From the NCBI GenBank assembly GCA_964415895.1, contig CAYQCC010000003.1:3053-67052 (forward strand): DNA of 64,000 nt, in the 5' to 3' direction. Made by a program: the position numbers and the translations under genes. The notes under the pieces are model-generated. The model searched no databases. It had not been told where the DNA came from and was given only the letters and a program-made list of their open reading frames with translations. The first letter of the stretch is position 1, and the number at the start of each line of letters is the position of its first letter. This DNA is from an uncultured Candidatus Saccharibacteria bacterium. GTDB taxonomy: Bacteria; Patescibacteriota; Minisyncoccia; Phycocordibacterales; UBA1006. This document shows, piece by piece, positions 43,388 to 53,546 of the stretch.

Positions 43388-45868
43388 TTAAACTAAAGGC
43401 TCTAAATGATTTAAATCACGCCCTGCTTCCACTGAAACAGTAATCGGAATATCAAGCGTTTTTGCCACTGTAGTATCGACAATATTCATATGTCGCGTAA
43501 TAACTGATTCCATAAGCTCTTTCAGAATCTTTCCAAATGGTTTCACTAAATCATCTGCAACTTCGTATACAATTTCATCGTGAATTTGTAAGACTGGAAA
43601 GACTTTATCTTGCCAATCCTTTTCCTTGATAGCCATGTCAATATCGACCATCGCTAATTTCACAATATCAGCGTTGGTTCCTTGAATTGGTGCATTAATC
43701 GCTGTTCGTTCGGCAAGCGCAATCATAAACGGCAATTTTGAGCGAAACATGGGGAAATTACGCACTCGTCCAAATAATGTTTTTGTCTCAAGCGTTTCTT
43801 TTGCATTTTTCTTTACATTATCAATATATTCACGGATGGCTGGAAATTCATTAAAATATGCCTCGTAAAATTGTTCAGCTTCCCCACGCGTTCCACCAAG
43901 ATTTTTCTGAAGTGAAGAAATCCCCATTCCGTATAAAATTCCAAAATTAATAATCTTTGCATCGCGACGATGACTTTTTGTAACTTCTGATTCTGGAATT
44001 TTTAATACGCGCGAAGCAACAGCCGTATGGATATCTCGGTTTGTTTTAAATACATCGTGCAAAATTGCATCACCTGACAACATTGCTAATACGCGCAGTT
44101 CAATTTGCGAATAATCGGCTGAAATTAATGTATGACCTGGAGCTGCAACAAACGCAGTTCGGATGGCTCGACCCACGTCTGTACGAATTGGAATATTCTG
44201 GAGATTTGGATTCTGTGAAGAGAATCGACCCGTGGTTGTTCCATGCTGCAAGAATTGTGCATGTAAACGCATTCCACTATCAAGCAACGTTGGCAGTGTA
44301 TCAATATAAGTGCCAACCAATTTTTGAAGTTCGCGGTAGTCTATAATTTTTTGAACTAATGGGTGAGCGTCAGTTAATTCTTCAAGAATATCGCCACGTG
44401 TTGAAAAACTTCCTGTTTTATTTTTCTTTCCTTTTGGTTTTAAGCCAAGTTCGTTGAATAAAAATTCAGATAGTTGTTTTGGTGAATTAATGTTAAAAGG
44501 TTCCTTTGAAACGGAAAATATCTCTGCTGCAAGTTCATCAATTTTCTTATGGTATTCAGTTGAAAGATTCTCTAAATACTTTTTATCAATCATAATTCCG
44601 TGCTCGGTCATAGCGTGCACCACAGGAATCAACGGCTTTTCAATATTGTTGAAAATATCAAGCAGTTTCTTTTCTTTCAGTTTTTTCAAGATAACTGCAA
44701 GCGCCTGATCTACTGTTTCGGTTTCTGTTTCTCGTAACACCTCTGCTGTACTTGGGTGTGCCATATCAGAATTTAATACCCACAATCCAACGGACGCGGC
44801 AAATGCTGTATTCCAATTTTCAGAAGTTTCAGGTATTTCTTCAAATGAAATTTCATTTTTTATAGGACTATCAAAATCATCATCGATTGTTTCATTTGGT
44901 GCGTATATTTTCTTTGGGGCTTTCACTGGCAATACAGCTGAAAATAAATGTTCGAATTTTGAAATAAGAGACCTGAATTCATATTCGCGGATCAGTCGTA
45001 CCATCTTTTCAGCATCATACTGATCTTTAAATGTTTTTTCTGGTAATTCAAAAGTAATTGGCGCATCACGGCGAATGGTCGCAAGTATTTTTGAAAACTG
45101 TGCGCCTTCCTCGTGTTCGGTTAGTAAATCCAATATTCGTGGTTTAATTCCTGCGTCCAAAAATGGCTGTCGATCTGTATGTAGCTTTTTGTAAATTTCT
45201 TCAATTGTTCCAAATTTTGTAATTAAATCGGTTGCAGTTTTTTCGCCAATCCCGGGCACACCAATAATATTATCAGATGGATCACCACGAAGACCTTTAT
45301 AGTCTGCAACGAAACTTGGAGGAAATTTATATCGCTCAACGACATCTGATTCTTTGTAAATCATTGTTTCTTGGATTCCCTTTTTCATTGTATAGACAAC
45401 AACTCGATCATTATCCACCAACTGCAGTGTATCCATATCGCCTGAAACAATCACAATACGCATAGTTGGATGAGATTCGGTTACTTGTTCAACAATCGTA
45501 CCTAACATGTCGTCAGCCTCGAATCCTGGGGCCTCGTAAACAGGAACGTGCAAAGCATGAAACACGTTTCGCGACTCATCGATTTGAATCTTTAATGAAT
45601 CCTCTGTCGCTTTTCGTCCTTTTTTATAACCATCATAACTTTCATGACGAAATGTTGGTTGCGGTAAATCATAACACGCAATCACGTAATCTGGCTTCAA
45701 GTCAGTCAGCATTTTCAGAAACATATTCAAAAGACCATAGAGTGCGCCAGTTGGAACACCAAGTGACGACGTAAAATCAGGCACAGCGTGGTATGCGCGA
45801 TGTAAAATAGCATGCGTATCAAGTAATACCAGCGTTTTAACGTCGGATTGTTTAGGAGATTTTGCCAT
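43388..45868 (-). CDS. polA: DNA polymerase I (5'-3' exonuclease plus polymerase domains); start probably MAKSPKQ
   Basis: 5'-nuclease 'LLDTHAILHRAYHA'; polymerase motifs A 'LISADYSQIELR', B 'RRDAKIINFGILYG', C 'LQIHDEI'. Confidence 0.9.
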   Translation of the reverse strand: MAKSPKQSDVKTLVLLDTHAILHRAYHAVPDFTSSLGVPTGALYGLLNMFLKMLTDLKPDYVIACYDLPQPTFRHESYDGYKKGRKATEDSLKIQIDESRNVFHALHVPVYEAPGFEADDMLGTIVEQVTESHPTMRIVIVSGDMDTLQLVDNDRVVVYTMKKGIQETMIYKESDVVERYKFPPSFVADYKGLRGDPSDNIIGVPGIGEKTATDLITKFGTIEEIYKKLHTDRQPFLDAGIKPRILDLLTEHEEGAQFSKILATIRRDAPITFELPEKTFKDQYDAEKMVRLIREYEFRSLISKFEHLFSAVLPVKAPKKIYAPNETIDDDFDSPIKNEISFEEIPETSENWNTAFAASVGLWVLNSDMAHPSTAEVLRETETETVDQALAVILKKLKEKKLLDIFNNIEKPLIPVVHAMTEHGIMIDKKYLENLSTEYHKKIDELAAEIFSVSKEPFNINSPKQLSEFLFNELGLKPKGKKNKTGSFSTRGDILEELTDAHPLVQKIIDYRELQKLVGTYIDTLPTLLDSGMRLHAQFLQHGTTTGRFSSQNPNLQNIPIRTDVGRAIRTAFVAAPGHTLISADYSQIELRVLAMLSGDAILHDVFKTNRDIHTAVASRVLKIPESEVTKSHRRDAKIINFGILYGMGISSLQKNLGGTRGEAEQFYEAYFNEFPAIREYIDNVKKNAKETLETKTLFGRVRNFPMFRSKLPFMIALAERTAINAPIQGTNADIVKLAMVDIDMAIKEKDWQDKVFPVLQIHDEIVYEVADDLVKPFGKILKELMESVITRHMNIVDTTVAKTLDIPITVSVEAGRDLNHLEPLV

Positions 45869-45920
45869 GGAATCATTATAGCACAGCACACCTCTTGAAT
45901 CTTTTTTAATATGTTATGAT

Positions 45921-46421
45921 ATGAATATGAAAATTATCGCCATTGACCCAGGGTATGATCGTGTTGGGGTCGCAATCCTTCAAAAACCAAATTCTGGAAA
46001 GGAACAAGTTCTCTACTCGACCTGTATAACAACTAATCGCAAGGCTGATTTTTACGATCGATTGAAAGATGTTCAGGCAAGACTGTCCGTAGTAATCGAA
46101 GAATATGCGCCAAATATAATGATTATGGAAGAATTGTTTTTTGCCAATAACTCGCCAACCGCACTTCACGTAGCAGAAGCTCGAGGCATTATCAGTGGCG
46201 AGGCATTGCGACAAGGCATCCAAGTGCGAGAAATACATCCTAATCACGTAAAAATTGCAATCACAGGTCATGGTGCCGCCAAAAAGGCAGATATACTGTG
46301 GATGATTCCGAAGTTGGTTGATATTGATGTTTCTGGGAAGCTTGATGATGAACTGGACGCTATTGCTATTGGTATCGCTTATTTTGCACATTTTAAATAT
46401 GAAACGTTATTAGGAAAATAA
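45921..46421 (+). CDS. ruvC: Crossover junction endodeoxyribonuclease RuvC
   Basis: 'MKIIAIDPGYDRVGVAIL', '...IMEELFF', 'HVAEARG', C-terminal 'DELDAIAIGIAYF'. Confidence 0.85.
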   Translation: MNMKIIAIDPGYDRVGVAILQKPNSGKEQVLYSTCITTNRKADFYDRLKDVQARLSVVIEEYAPNIMIMEELFFANNSPTALHVAEARGIISGEALRQGIQVREIHPNHVKIAITGHGAAKKADILWMIPKLVDIDVSGKLDDELDAIAIGIAYFAHFKYETLLGK

Positions 46422-46555
46422 AATGCTAAAATTGCTTGCAAAAAAATCTATATTTGATACAAATAGAACTAACCCGTCGCTCGCAGTTCTTGCAGTGGGG
46501 ATATTATAAGTCAACCAAGAATTATTTCTTGAATATTATTTATATATTTTAATAT

Positions 46556-46744
46556 ATGGAATTTGATGACGATACTGATTTTGCAGAAATACCAGCCGGA
46601 TATCATATTGCTGATGAAAGCGATACTGATGACGAGCTAGACGATGATATCTTTCCAAAGAAAAAAGTTACTGACGAGGATGAAGACGAATTCGACTTTG
46701 ACGAAACGCCTTTGGAAGATGACATAGAGAGCGAGTTATTCTAA
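46556..46744 (+). CDS. Highly acidic 62-aa protein (~45% Asp/Glu)
   Basis: 'MEFDDDTDFAEIPAGYHIADESDTDDELDDDIF...DEDEDEFDFDETPLEDDIESELF'; followed by terminator 46745..46772. Confidence 0.45.
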   Translation: MEFDDDTDFAEIPAGYHIADESDTDDELDDDIFPKKKVTDEDEDEFDFDETPLEDDIESELF

Positions 46745-46781
46745 TGCAAACTAAAAAACACACATATGTGTGTTTTTTAGT

Positions 46782-49436
46782 TTATTTGATTGTAATAGGT
46801 ATAATCTTTTCTCCGCGATTATAAATCGAATCTACAGCAACAATACGCACATTCATTATCCCTGCAGAACTTATATATTCAGATGGCAAGAATGAGTAAT
46901 GCCCGATCTCGCCATCAGTTGAACCAATGAATTGATCGTTTACGTAATACTCGAATTTTTGAATAGGACGAAGCGCTGTTGCCATTGCATCAATCGATAC
47001 GAGTTGATTTAATCCAATCGACATATCTGATGTAGGGTTTTCAACAGTTACAGACGGAGCATATTCTGGTCTATGCACATCATCAGTGCCAACAGGCGCA
47101 GGCGGTGTTGCGGGAACATTAGAAATACCGTGTGTTTGAATCCAGCTTTGGAATGCCGCTTCCCAGTTTTTATACTGACCATCAGACAATCCAATTCCAG
47201 AACGCGAATTTAGTAAATCAGCTTTGTTAATCCAATATAAAATATTATGTGGATTAACAATCACATGTTCTTCTTTTGTCTCTGGTGGCGTATATTCTGT
47301 TGCTAGCTTTCCAGATATTTTATCTGTAAAGAACGATTCGCCACCCCACCATGATCCACGAATCACAGGAGGCATTTTATCATCTGATCCGTTGTACTGA
47401 CCGAACTGCGTGATCGGCTTGTCAGCAAGCGCAGCATTCATCACAGCACGCCATGCAGGAACCGAAATACTTGAACCTTTTTTCATTGGCTTGTTATCAT
47501 TGTTTCCTGACCACACACCAACCGCTATGTCGGGTGAGTATCCAATCAGCCATGCATCCTTATTGTCGTTTGTGGTTCCAGATTTTGCAGCCACAGGACG
47601 ATCTCCGAAATTCAATTGAGAATTTGCTCCAAACAATGGTGTTCGAGCAACATTATCAGACAATACCGATGAAAGCATTCGTGCAGCATTTGCAGATATT
47701 ACTTGTTCTCCTGGTTGTGGTTTATATTCTTCGAGCACTTTTCCGCTTAGGTCTTCAATTTTCAAAATTCCTGTGGGCGGAACGCGAATTCCGTCGTTTG
47801 CAAATACTCCATATACTGACGTCATTTCAAGAAGTGATACTTCACCACCTCCCAATACCAATGTCAGTCCGTAACGATCTGCGTTTTTATCAAGCGTTGT
47901 AATACCAAGTTGTTTCGCGCTTTGTAATGCATCACTTACTCCAACTAAATAGAGTAGTTCTACGGCAGGAATGTTTCGTGATTGACCGAGAGCACTTCGA
48001 AGTGATAATGGTCCAACAAATTTTCCATCATAGTTATCTGGCGCATAACAACCAGTTGCACTACTACTTCGATCAAACGCCCCACAAGACGGATTAAACT
48101 GAGTCGGAACGTCAAAGATCGTTGTTTCAGGTCGATACCCTTTTTCAAATGCTCGTGCATACACAATCGGTTTAAACGATGATCCAGGCTGGCGATTTGC
48201 AGTTGTTACATTAAACTGCCCGTCGATAGTCGTATCAGAATATCCACGAGATCCAACCATAGCAAGGATTTGCCCTGTCTTTGGATCAAGGGCAACAATC
48301 GCCATGTTCGACGCGTTCCAATCTTTTTCATTCTTTGCAGCTTGTTCTGCTGCTGCTTTTTCTGCCTGTTCCTGTAATTTCCAATCAAGCGTTGTGGTCA
48401 CTTTCAAACCATCAACGGTCAAAGATTCTTTTCCGTAGTTTTCTTCTAAGTAGCTACGAATATAATCTACGAAGTGAAGTGCTTTTCCATTACTGTCAGA
48501 GAGTGGTTTAAATACAACTACATCAGCTTTTGCTGCATCGTATTGTTCTTGTGTAACAAAACCTTGTTCTAACATTTTTTTCAACACAAGATTCTTTCGC
48601 TCATCTAATAGTTTTTTATTCTTTCCGTAAGGCGAATAATAACTTGGCGCGTTTGGAACTGCCGCAAGATATGCCGCTTCTGCAAGCGTTACATCGTTAC
48701 TCGACTTTCCAAAGAATGTTTTTGCACCTTGCTCAACTCCATACACTGAACCACCATACGGTGCTTCGTTTAGATAAAGCGCGAGAATATCGTCCTTGCT
48801 CATTACTCGTTCCAATTTTAATGATAAAATCCATTCTTTTACTTTTCGTGAAATTCGTTTATCAGAATTCAATAATGTGTTTTTAATAACTTGTTGAGTA
48901 ATTGTTGAACCACCCTGTGTTCCGTTCAATGGTGTCAGATTTACAATTACCGCTCGAATTGTAGAACTAAACTTAATTCCGTGATGCTGATAGAAATCCT
49001 TGTCCTCGATCGCTATGATCGCATGCTTAATTTTTTCATCAATCGTGTTTCCTGGAACAACTGTTCGGCGAATGTTTTCATGTACATCATATAAGATAAC
49101 GCCATTGCGATCATAAATTTGAGTTGAGCTTGCAACCTTTCGTTCTGCAAAATTATCTAGGGTTGGAATTTTTAGCGTAGCTACCCAGATAAAGAATCCT
49201 CCGACAATAAGTGCTCCAACAATCGCAATAGTCCAAACAATCAGTTGCGTATGATGACTTGCCCATCCTCGGAAACGTCCCCAAGCGGTTTTTGCACGCT
49301 TTGCCTGTTTTTCAACAAGTGGTTTTACTGTCTTCTGAGCATGAACGTGGGTGTATTTTTTTACCTCGTGCACGGAATCAAAGAATTTTTTTGAAGGTTT
49401 TTTTTCTGGTGTCATATTAAGGGTAGTGTACCGCAT
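46782..49436 (-). CDS. Class A penicillin-binding protein (glycosyltransferase plus transpeptidase) with long C-terminal extension; listed start 49502 overlaps tyrS, so an internal Met is more likely
   Basis: GT51 'IEDKDFYQHHGI'; TP 'SSFKP' (SxxK), 'KSGTT' (KTG). Confidence 0.85.
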   Translation of the reverse strand: MRYTTLNMTPEKKPSKKFFDSVHEVKKYTHVHAQKTVKPLVEKQAKRAKTAWGRFRGWASHHTQLIVWTIAIVGALIVGGFFIWVATLKIPTLDNFAERKVASSTQIYDRNGVILYDVHENIRRTVVPGNTIDEKIKHAIIAIEDKDFYQHHGIKFSSTIRAVIVNLTPLNGTQGGSTITQQVIKNTLLNSDKRISRKVKEWILSLKLERVMSKDDILALYLNEAPYGGSVYGVEQGAKTFFGKSSNDVTLAEAAYLAAVPNAPSYYSPYGKNKKLLDERKNLVLKKMLEQGFVTQEQYDAAKADVVVFKPLSDSNGKALHFVDYIRSYLEENYGKESLTVDGLKVTTTLDWKLQEQAEKAAAEQAAKNEKDWNASNMAIVALDPKTGQILAMVGSRGYSDTTIDGQFNVTTANRQPGSSFKPIVYARAFEKGYRPETTIFDVPTQFNPSCGAFDRSSSATGCYAPDNYDGKFVGPLSLRSALGQSRNIPAVELLYLVGVSDALQSAKQLGITTLDKNADRYGLTLVLGGGEVSLLEMTSVYGVFANDGIRVPPTGILKIEDLSGKVLEEYKPQPGEQVISANAARMLSSVLSDNVARTPLFGANSQLNFGDRPVAAKSGTTNDNKDAWLIGYSPDIAVGVWSGNNDNKPMKKGSSISVPAWRAVMNAALADKPITQFGQYNGSDDKMPPVIRGSWWGGESFFTDKISGKLATEYTPPETKEEHVIVNPHNILYWINKADLLNSRSGIGLSDGQYKNWEAAFQSWIQTHGISNVPATPPAPVGTDDVHRPEYAPSVTVENPTSDMSIGLNQLVSIDAMATALRPIQKFEYYVNDQFIGSTDGEIGHYSFLPSEYISSAGIMNVRIVAVDSIYNRGEKIIPITIK

Positions 49437-49492
49437 TTTGACGCTTTTTTCAAAAGCTCCACAATTTCCAGTTTTTCTGGTAGGGTGTAGAT

Positions 49493-50701
49493 ATGACAAC
49501 AAAGAATCCCGAACAAATCAATGAATTTTTAAGCCGAGGAGTTGAAGCAATTCTTCCTTCTCGTGATTTTGTCGAATCACAACTTACTTCAGGAAAGCAA
49601 CTGACTGTCTATCTGGGAATCGACCCAACAGGACCAACTCTTCATATTGGTCATGCTATTGCGATGAAAAAATTGGCACAGTTGCAGAACTTGGGACATA
49701 AAATCATTTTGTTAATGGGAGATTTCACAGCAAAGATTGGCGATCCTACTGATAAATTGGCTGCTCGAAAAACTCTTACAACGGAAGAGATTATGGAGAA
49801 TTTGAAGAACTACAAACAACAGGCCTCAAAGATTATTTCATTCAGCGGAGACAATGCGGCAGAAATCAAATTCAACTCAGAATGGTTAGGCAAGATGAAT
49901 TTTGCAGATGTATTAGAACTCGCATCAAAGACAACAGTTCAGCGTATGCTTGAACGCGACATGTTTCAAAAACGCATCGAGGAAGGAAAACCAATCTACG
50001 TACATGAATTCATGTATCCATTAATGCAGGGACAGGACAGTGTTGCAATGGATGTTGATGGTGAAATCGGCGGAAACGATCAATTATTCAACATGTTAAT
50101 GGGTCGCGAACTATTAAAAGACTCTGGTAAGGAAAAGTTCGTCGTTACTGTAAAACTCCTTGCAGATCCAACAGGAAAGAAAATGGGTAAATCTGAAGGT
50201 AACATGATCACACTTGATGATTCTGCAGACAGTATGTTTGGAAAAATCATGTCGTGGAGTGATGGAATGATTATTGGTGGATTTGAATTGTGTACTGATA
50301 TTCCACGCGAACAAATTCTGCAAATCGAACTTGCTATTCAAAATAATGAAAATCCAATTCAGTTCAAGAAACAATTGGCGCGCGAGATCATCACGATCTA
50401 CCACAGCGCGGACCAGGCAATGGACGCACAGAACAATTGGGAAAAGACATTTTCAGAGGGTGGACTGCCTGATGTCGTTGCCGAAATTAATGGAGAACAG
50501 AGGAAATTGCTTTCTGAAGTATTGGTTGAAAACGGATACCTTGAATCCAAAGCGGAATTTCGGCGATTAACAGACGAGGGCGGAATTAAAATTATTTCTG
50601 AAGACTTATCTGAAGAAAAGATTACAGATTTCCAGTATAAGTTATCTGAAACAGTTGTGTTGAAGATTGGAAAGAAAAAGTTTGTGAAAGTTATTATATA
50701 A
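49493..50701 (+). CDS. tyrS: Tyrosyl-tRNA synthetase with C-terminal S4-like domain
   Basis: 'GIDPTGPTLHIGH' (HIGH), 'KMGKS' (KMSKS), 402 aa. Confidence 0.9.
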   Translation: MTTKNPEQINEFLSRGVEAILPSRDFVESQLTSGKQLTVYLGIDPTGPTLHIGHAIAMKKLAQLQNLGHKIILLMGDFTAKIGDPTDKLAARKTLTTEEIMENLKNYKQQASKIISFSGDNAAEIKFNSEWLGKMNFADVLELASKTTVQRMLERDMFQKRIEEGKPIYVHEFMYPLMQGQDSVAMDVDGEIGGNDQLFNMLMGRELLKDSGKEKFVVTVKLLADPTGKKMGKSEGNMITLDDSADSMFGKIMSWSDGMIIGGFELCTDIPREQILQIELAIQNNENPIQFKKQLAREIITIYHSADQAMDAQNNWEKTFSEGGLPDVVAEINGEQRKLLSEVLVENGYLESKAEFRRLTDEGGIKIISEDLSEEKITDFQYKLSETVVLKIGKKKFVKVII

Positions 50702-50727
50702 AAAGCACCTAATGGTGCTTTTTATAT

Positions 50728-51612
50728 TTAAAACAAATCAAACTTTTCACGAAGCTCTCGTGGAATATGAAATTCGGTTGATATCCGCTTGCGAAGCTTT
50801 TTTGCTTTTAATTCATCATATTCTACGGTCATATTTATTGGTCCTGGTTTTAGGAATCTTGGCTTCAAGATATCAAAAAGTTCTTTTTCCGATTGAGATG
50901 TTCCGTATGCAAAATCAAGAACGCGAGAAATAGTTGACGATGTTTTAGTTGTAATAATATAAGGACCAATTATTGAATAATGCTCCCTCCTTGTAAAGGG
51001 GTATTTTTTAGTGAATGAAAAATGTTCAAAACCTGACCGCTCTTTATTACTATTTTTATCAAAAACAGTAACGCCACCTATTAACGTGAAAACGTGCTTT
51101 TCTTTTTCTGAAAAGATTTCTCGGTATTCTTTTTCACTTGAACCTCTTCCAGGAACTAAGTACCAAAAATTATGTGGATTACTGTGGAATACTGGAAAAT
51201 CACCTAATTCATCATGAATATCATTAATAGTATGTTTCCAAAACATATCCATATGGTCTATTTTTGAGAATCGATACACAACTTGTTCTCCTGGAAAAAG
51301 CCTGAATGTTCTTCTGTTTGAAATTGCACTATTTACCTTATTTCTCCAAACATTACTAATTATAAAGCTCTTTCTTTGTTTTGTAACAACATCTCCTTTT
51401 ATCAACTCTCGTAGGTTTTTATATACACCTTCAAGAGTAACACTCTCTTTCAATACTTGTTCGAGGCTTTTCTGTAACTCAATGGCGCTAAGTGGTTTTT
51501 CAATAAGAAGCTCAATAATAACGTCTCGTATTGTTTTTTTGGAAGAGAAGATCATATATATCAGTATATAAAAATACAACTTTTTGTTCAAATTTAATAT
51601 AAAAAGTACCAT
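50728..51612 (-). CDS. wHTH-like ~280-aa protein, paralog family member 2 (likely start MIFSSKK at ~51555)
   Basis: C-terminus 'KKLRKRISTEFHIPRELREKFDLF' nearly identical to paralog 3. Confidence 0.5.
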   Translation of the reverse strand: MVLFILNLNKKLYFYILIYMIFSSKKTIRDVIIELLIEKPLSAIELQKSLEQVLKESVTLEGVYKNLRELIKGDVVTKQRKSFIISNVWRNKVNSAISNRRTFRLFPGEQVVYRFSKIDHMDMFWKHTINDIHDELGDFPVFHSNPHNFWYLVPGRGSSEKEYREIFSEKEKHVFTLIGGVTVFDKNSNKERSGFEHFSFTKKYPFTRREHYSIIGPYIITTKTSSTISRVLDFAYGTSQSEKELFDILKPRFLKPGPINMTVEYDELKAKKLRKRISTEFHIPRELREKFDLF

Positions 51613-51616
51613 TTAA

Positions 51617-52333
51617 ATGAAAAAAGTCAATATCCTTGTTATGCTTCCCTTGTCTATGAAACAAGATTTATCAAAACAATACAACGCTTTTGCTCAAGAC
51701 TTTATTTCCGAGATTAGTCACAGTAATAACATTTCTCGAAATGAGTTTTATAAAAAAATACCAAGAGACCTTACTAGCCTTAAGGTTCTCGATCTAGCAT
51801 GTGGTGATGGGAGTGATATATTTGAATATAAAAAAAGAGGTGCAATCTGTTCTGGTTGCGACTCATCCGAAGAATTAATAAAAGTTGCACGACAAAAAAT
51901 TGGAGATTCTATTGATTTACAAGTACAAGATATGCGCTCTACTTCTTATAATGACCAATCCTTTGATATGGTATTTAGTAAATATGCGATTGGTACTGTT
52001 GATGTTATTTCTGATGTGTATGATGAGGTTTCAAGAATAATCAAGCCAGGCGGATTATTTGTTTTTCTTACAACACACCCTATGCGTCTTTTCCTTGAAA
52101 ATAAAAATGAGACGAAGGATTATTTTATTCAAGAATCTGTCCCTTTAGAATGCTTTAATAGGAAATTTATTATCACCGAACCATCTCACACATTTAATGA
52201 ATTCTTTAGCCGTCAATTCTTCAAGAATTTTGAATTACTGGACTTTACTGAGCATTATGACCCACAATCAGCGTCTTTTAATGGTCGAGATATTTACCCA
52301 GATTTTTTTATTGTGGTAGCTCAAAAAAAATAA
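51617..52333 (+). CDS. Class I SAM-dependent methyltransferase
   Basis: Motif I 'VLDLACGDGSD'. Confidence 0.7.
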   Translation: MKKVNILVMLPLSMKQDLSKQYNAFAQDFISEISHSNNISRNEFYKKIPRDLTSLKVLDLACGDGSDIFEYKKRGAICSGCDSSEELIKVARQKIGDSIDLQVQDMRSTSYNDQSFDMVFSKYAIGTVDVISDVYDEVSRIIKPGGLFVFLTTHPMRLFLENKNETKDYFIQESVPLECFNRKFIITEPSHTFNEFFSRQFFKNFELLDFTEHYDPQSASFNGRDIYPDFFIVVAQKK

Positions 52334-52335
52334 TT

Positions 52336-53001
52336 ATGAAACAAAACCTAACAAAACAATATAATGGAATTGCTAACACATTTAATGTAAGTAATAACAA
52401 TTTCAACCGATTCAGCAACACAGAATTCTTTTCTCACCTCCCAGAAGATTTGAGCGGTAAGAAGCTGTTAGATGTTGGCTGTGGTGATGGAAATGATTTT
52501 GAGGAATATCAAAACAAGGGAGCCGATGTATATGGAACTGACGCTTCGGAAGAATTAATTAACCTTTCAAAATTTAAAGAAAAGATAATATTAGGATCTT
52601 TTGATTCAATACCCTTCGAAAAAGAACATTTCGATGTTGTTGTTAGTAAATACGCTCTGCAAACCTCAGCTGAAATTGACCCTTTTTACAATGAATCGGC
52701 GCGTATTTTAAAACAAAATGGAGAACTTCTTTTTCTAGTAGTTCATCCTATGCGCCAATTTTTTGAGAAAAAAACCCACCATAAAGATTATTTTGATAAA
52801 ACGGTAGTAGATTCCAGTATTTTTAATGGAACCATTACTGTAAAAGAGCCAACACATACAATGCAAGAATATCTCAGTGAAACATTCTTTAATGAATTTA
52901 CTCTTGAATCCATATATGAGGGTTGTGATTTCTATTCTGCTGAAAAAATTGGTTCAAATGACTATCCAACATATCTTATTATTAAAGCTCACAAGAAATA
53001 A
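52336..53001 (+). CDS. Class I SAM-dependent methyltransferase (paralog)
   Basis: 'LLDVGCGDGND'; C-terminal 'YPTYLIIKAHKK' shared with 54442..55152. Confidence 0.7.
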   Translation: MKQNLTKQYNGIANTFNVSNNNFNRFSNTEFFSHLPEDLSGKKLLDVGCGDGNDFEEYQNKGADVYGTDASEELINLSKFKEKIILGSFDSIPFEKEHFDVVVSKYALQTSAEIDPFYNESARILKQNGELLFLVVHPMRQFFEKKTHHKDYFDKTVVDSSIFNGTITVKEPTHTMQEYLSETFFNEFTLESIYEGCDFYSAEKIGSNDYPTYLIIKAHKK

Positions 53002-53003
53002 TT

Positions 53004-53537
53004 ATGAATATTGCAATTATATCTTCCGCAGACGAGAGAACTTCACGTCAATATACCAAACCTACGAAAGATCTTATTTTAAAGCTTGGAAAGTCTTTTT
53101 CAAATCTTAAGATTATAACAGGCGGTTCACTTGGAATTCCAGGGATTGCAGTTAAGCACGCCCAGGCATTAGGCATTGCAACTAAATGTTATTCACCTGA
53201 TAAAAACTCTCGGGCACATGAATTGCGCGACGACAACCTAAAAACTAAATATTTTTCAGAGATAGTTTATATACCTGGATTTACAAATCGTAGCTTACGT
53301 ATGATTAATGATGCTGAGGGTATTATTTTACTCAACGGTCGCATTGGAACACTATCTGAATTCACTATCGCACTGGAAGAGGGTAAGAAAATTGCCGTAC
53401 TCACTGAAACAGGTGGTGTAGCAGATCATTTGGAATATATTTTAGATATAGCTCAAAAAGAATTCCCTGGGCAAACCTTTTTTTCTGACAATATTTCTGA
53501 AATTATTAACTTTTTAAAACAAGAACCTACTGAATAG
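53004..53537 (+). CDS. LOG/SLOG-superfamily Rossmann protein (TIGR00725-like)
   Basis: 'TGGSLGIPGIA' and 'NGRIGTLSEF' correspond to LOG GGGxxGLM and PGGxGTxxE motifs. Confidence 0.6.
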   Translation: MNIAIISSADERTSRQYTKPTKDLILKLGKSFSNLKIITGGSLGIPGIAVKHAQALGIATKCYSPDKNSRAHELRDDNLKTKYFSEIVYIPGFTNRSLRMINDAEGIILLNGRIGTLSEFTIALEEGKKIAVLTETGGVADHLEYILDIAQKEFPGQTFFSDNISEIINFLKQEPTE

Positions 53538-53546
53538 GTTCTTGTT

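Noticed and set aside
45906-46391. 161-aa minus-strand ORF
   Set aside because: It is entirely antisense to a well-supported ruvC with canonical motifs, and its composition is not protein-like.
49436-49502. Divergent 10-bp start overlap between PBP gene and tyrS
   Set aside because: It is most likely an over-extended PBP ORF. Internal Met codons (MRYTTLN..., MTPEKK...) give a normal divergent spacer, so this is not a real anomaly.
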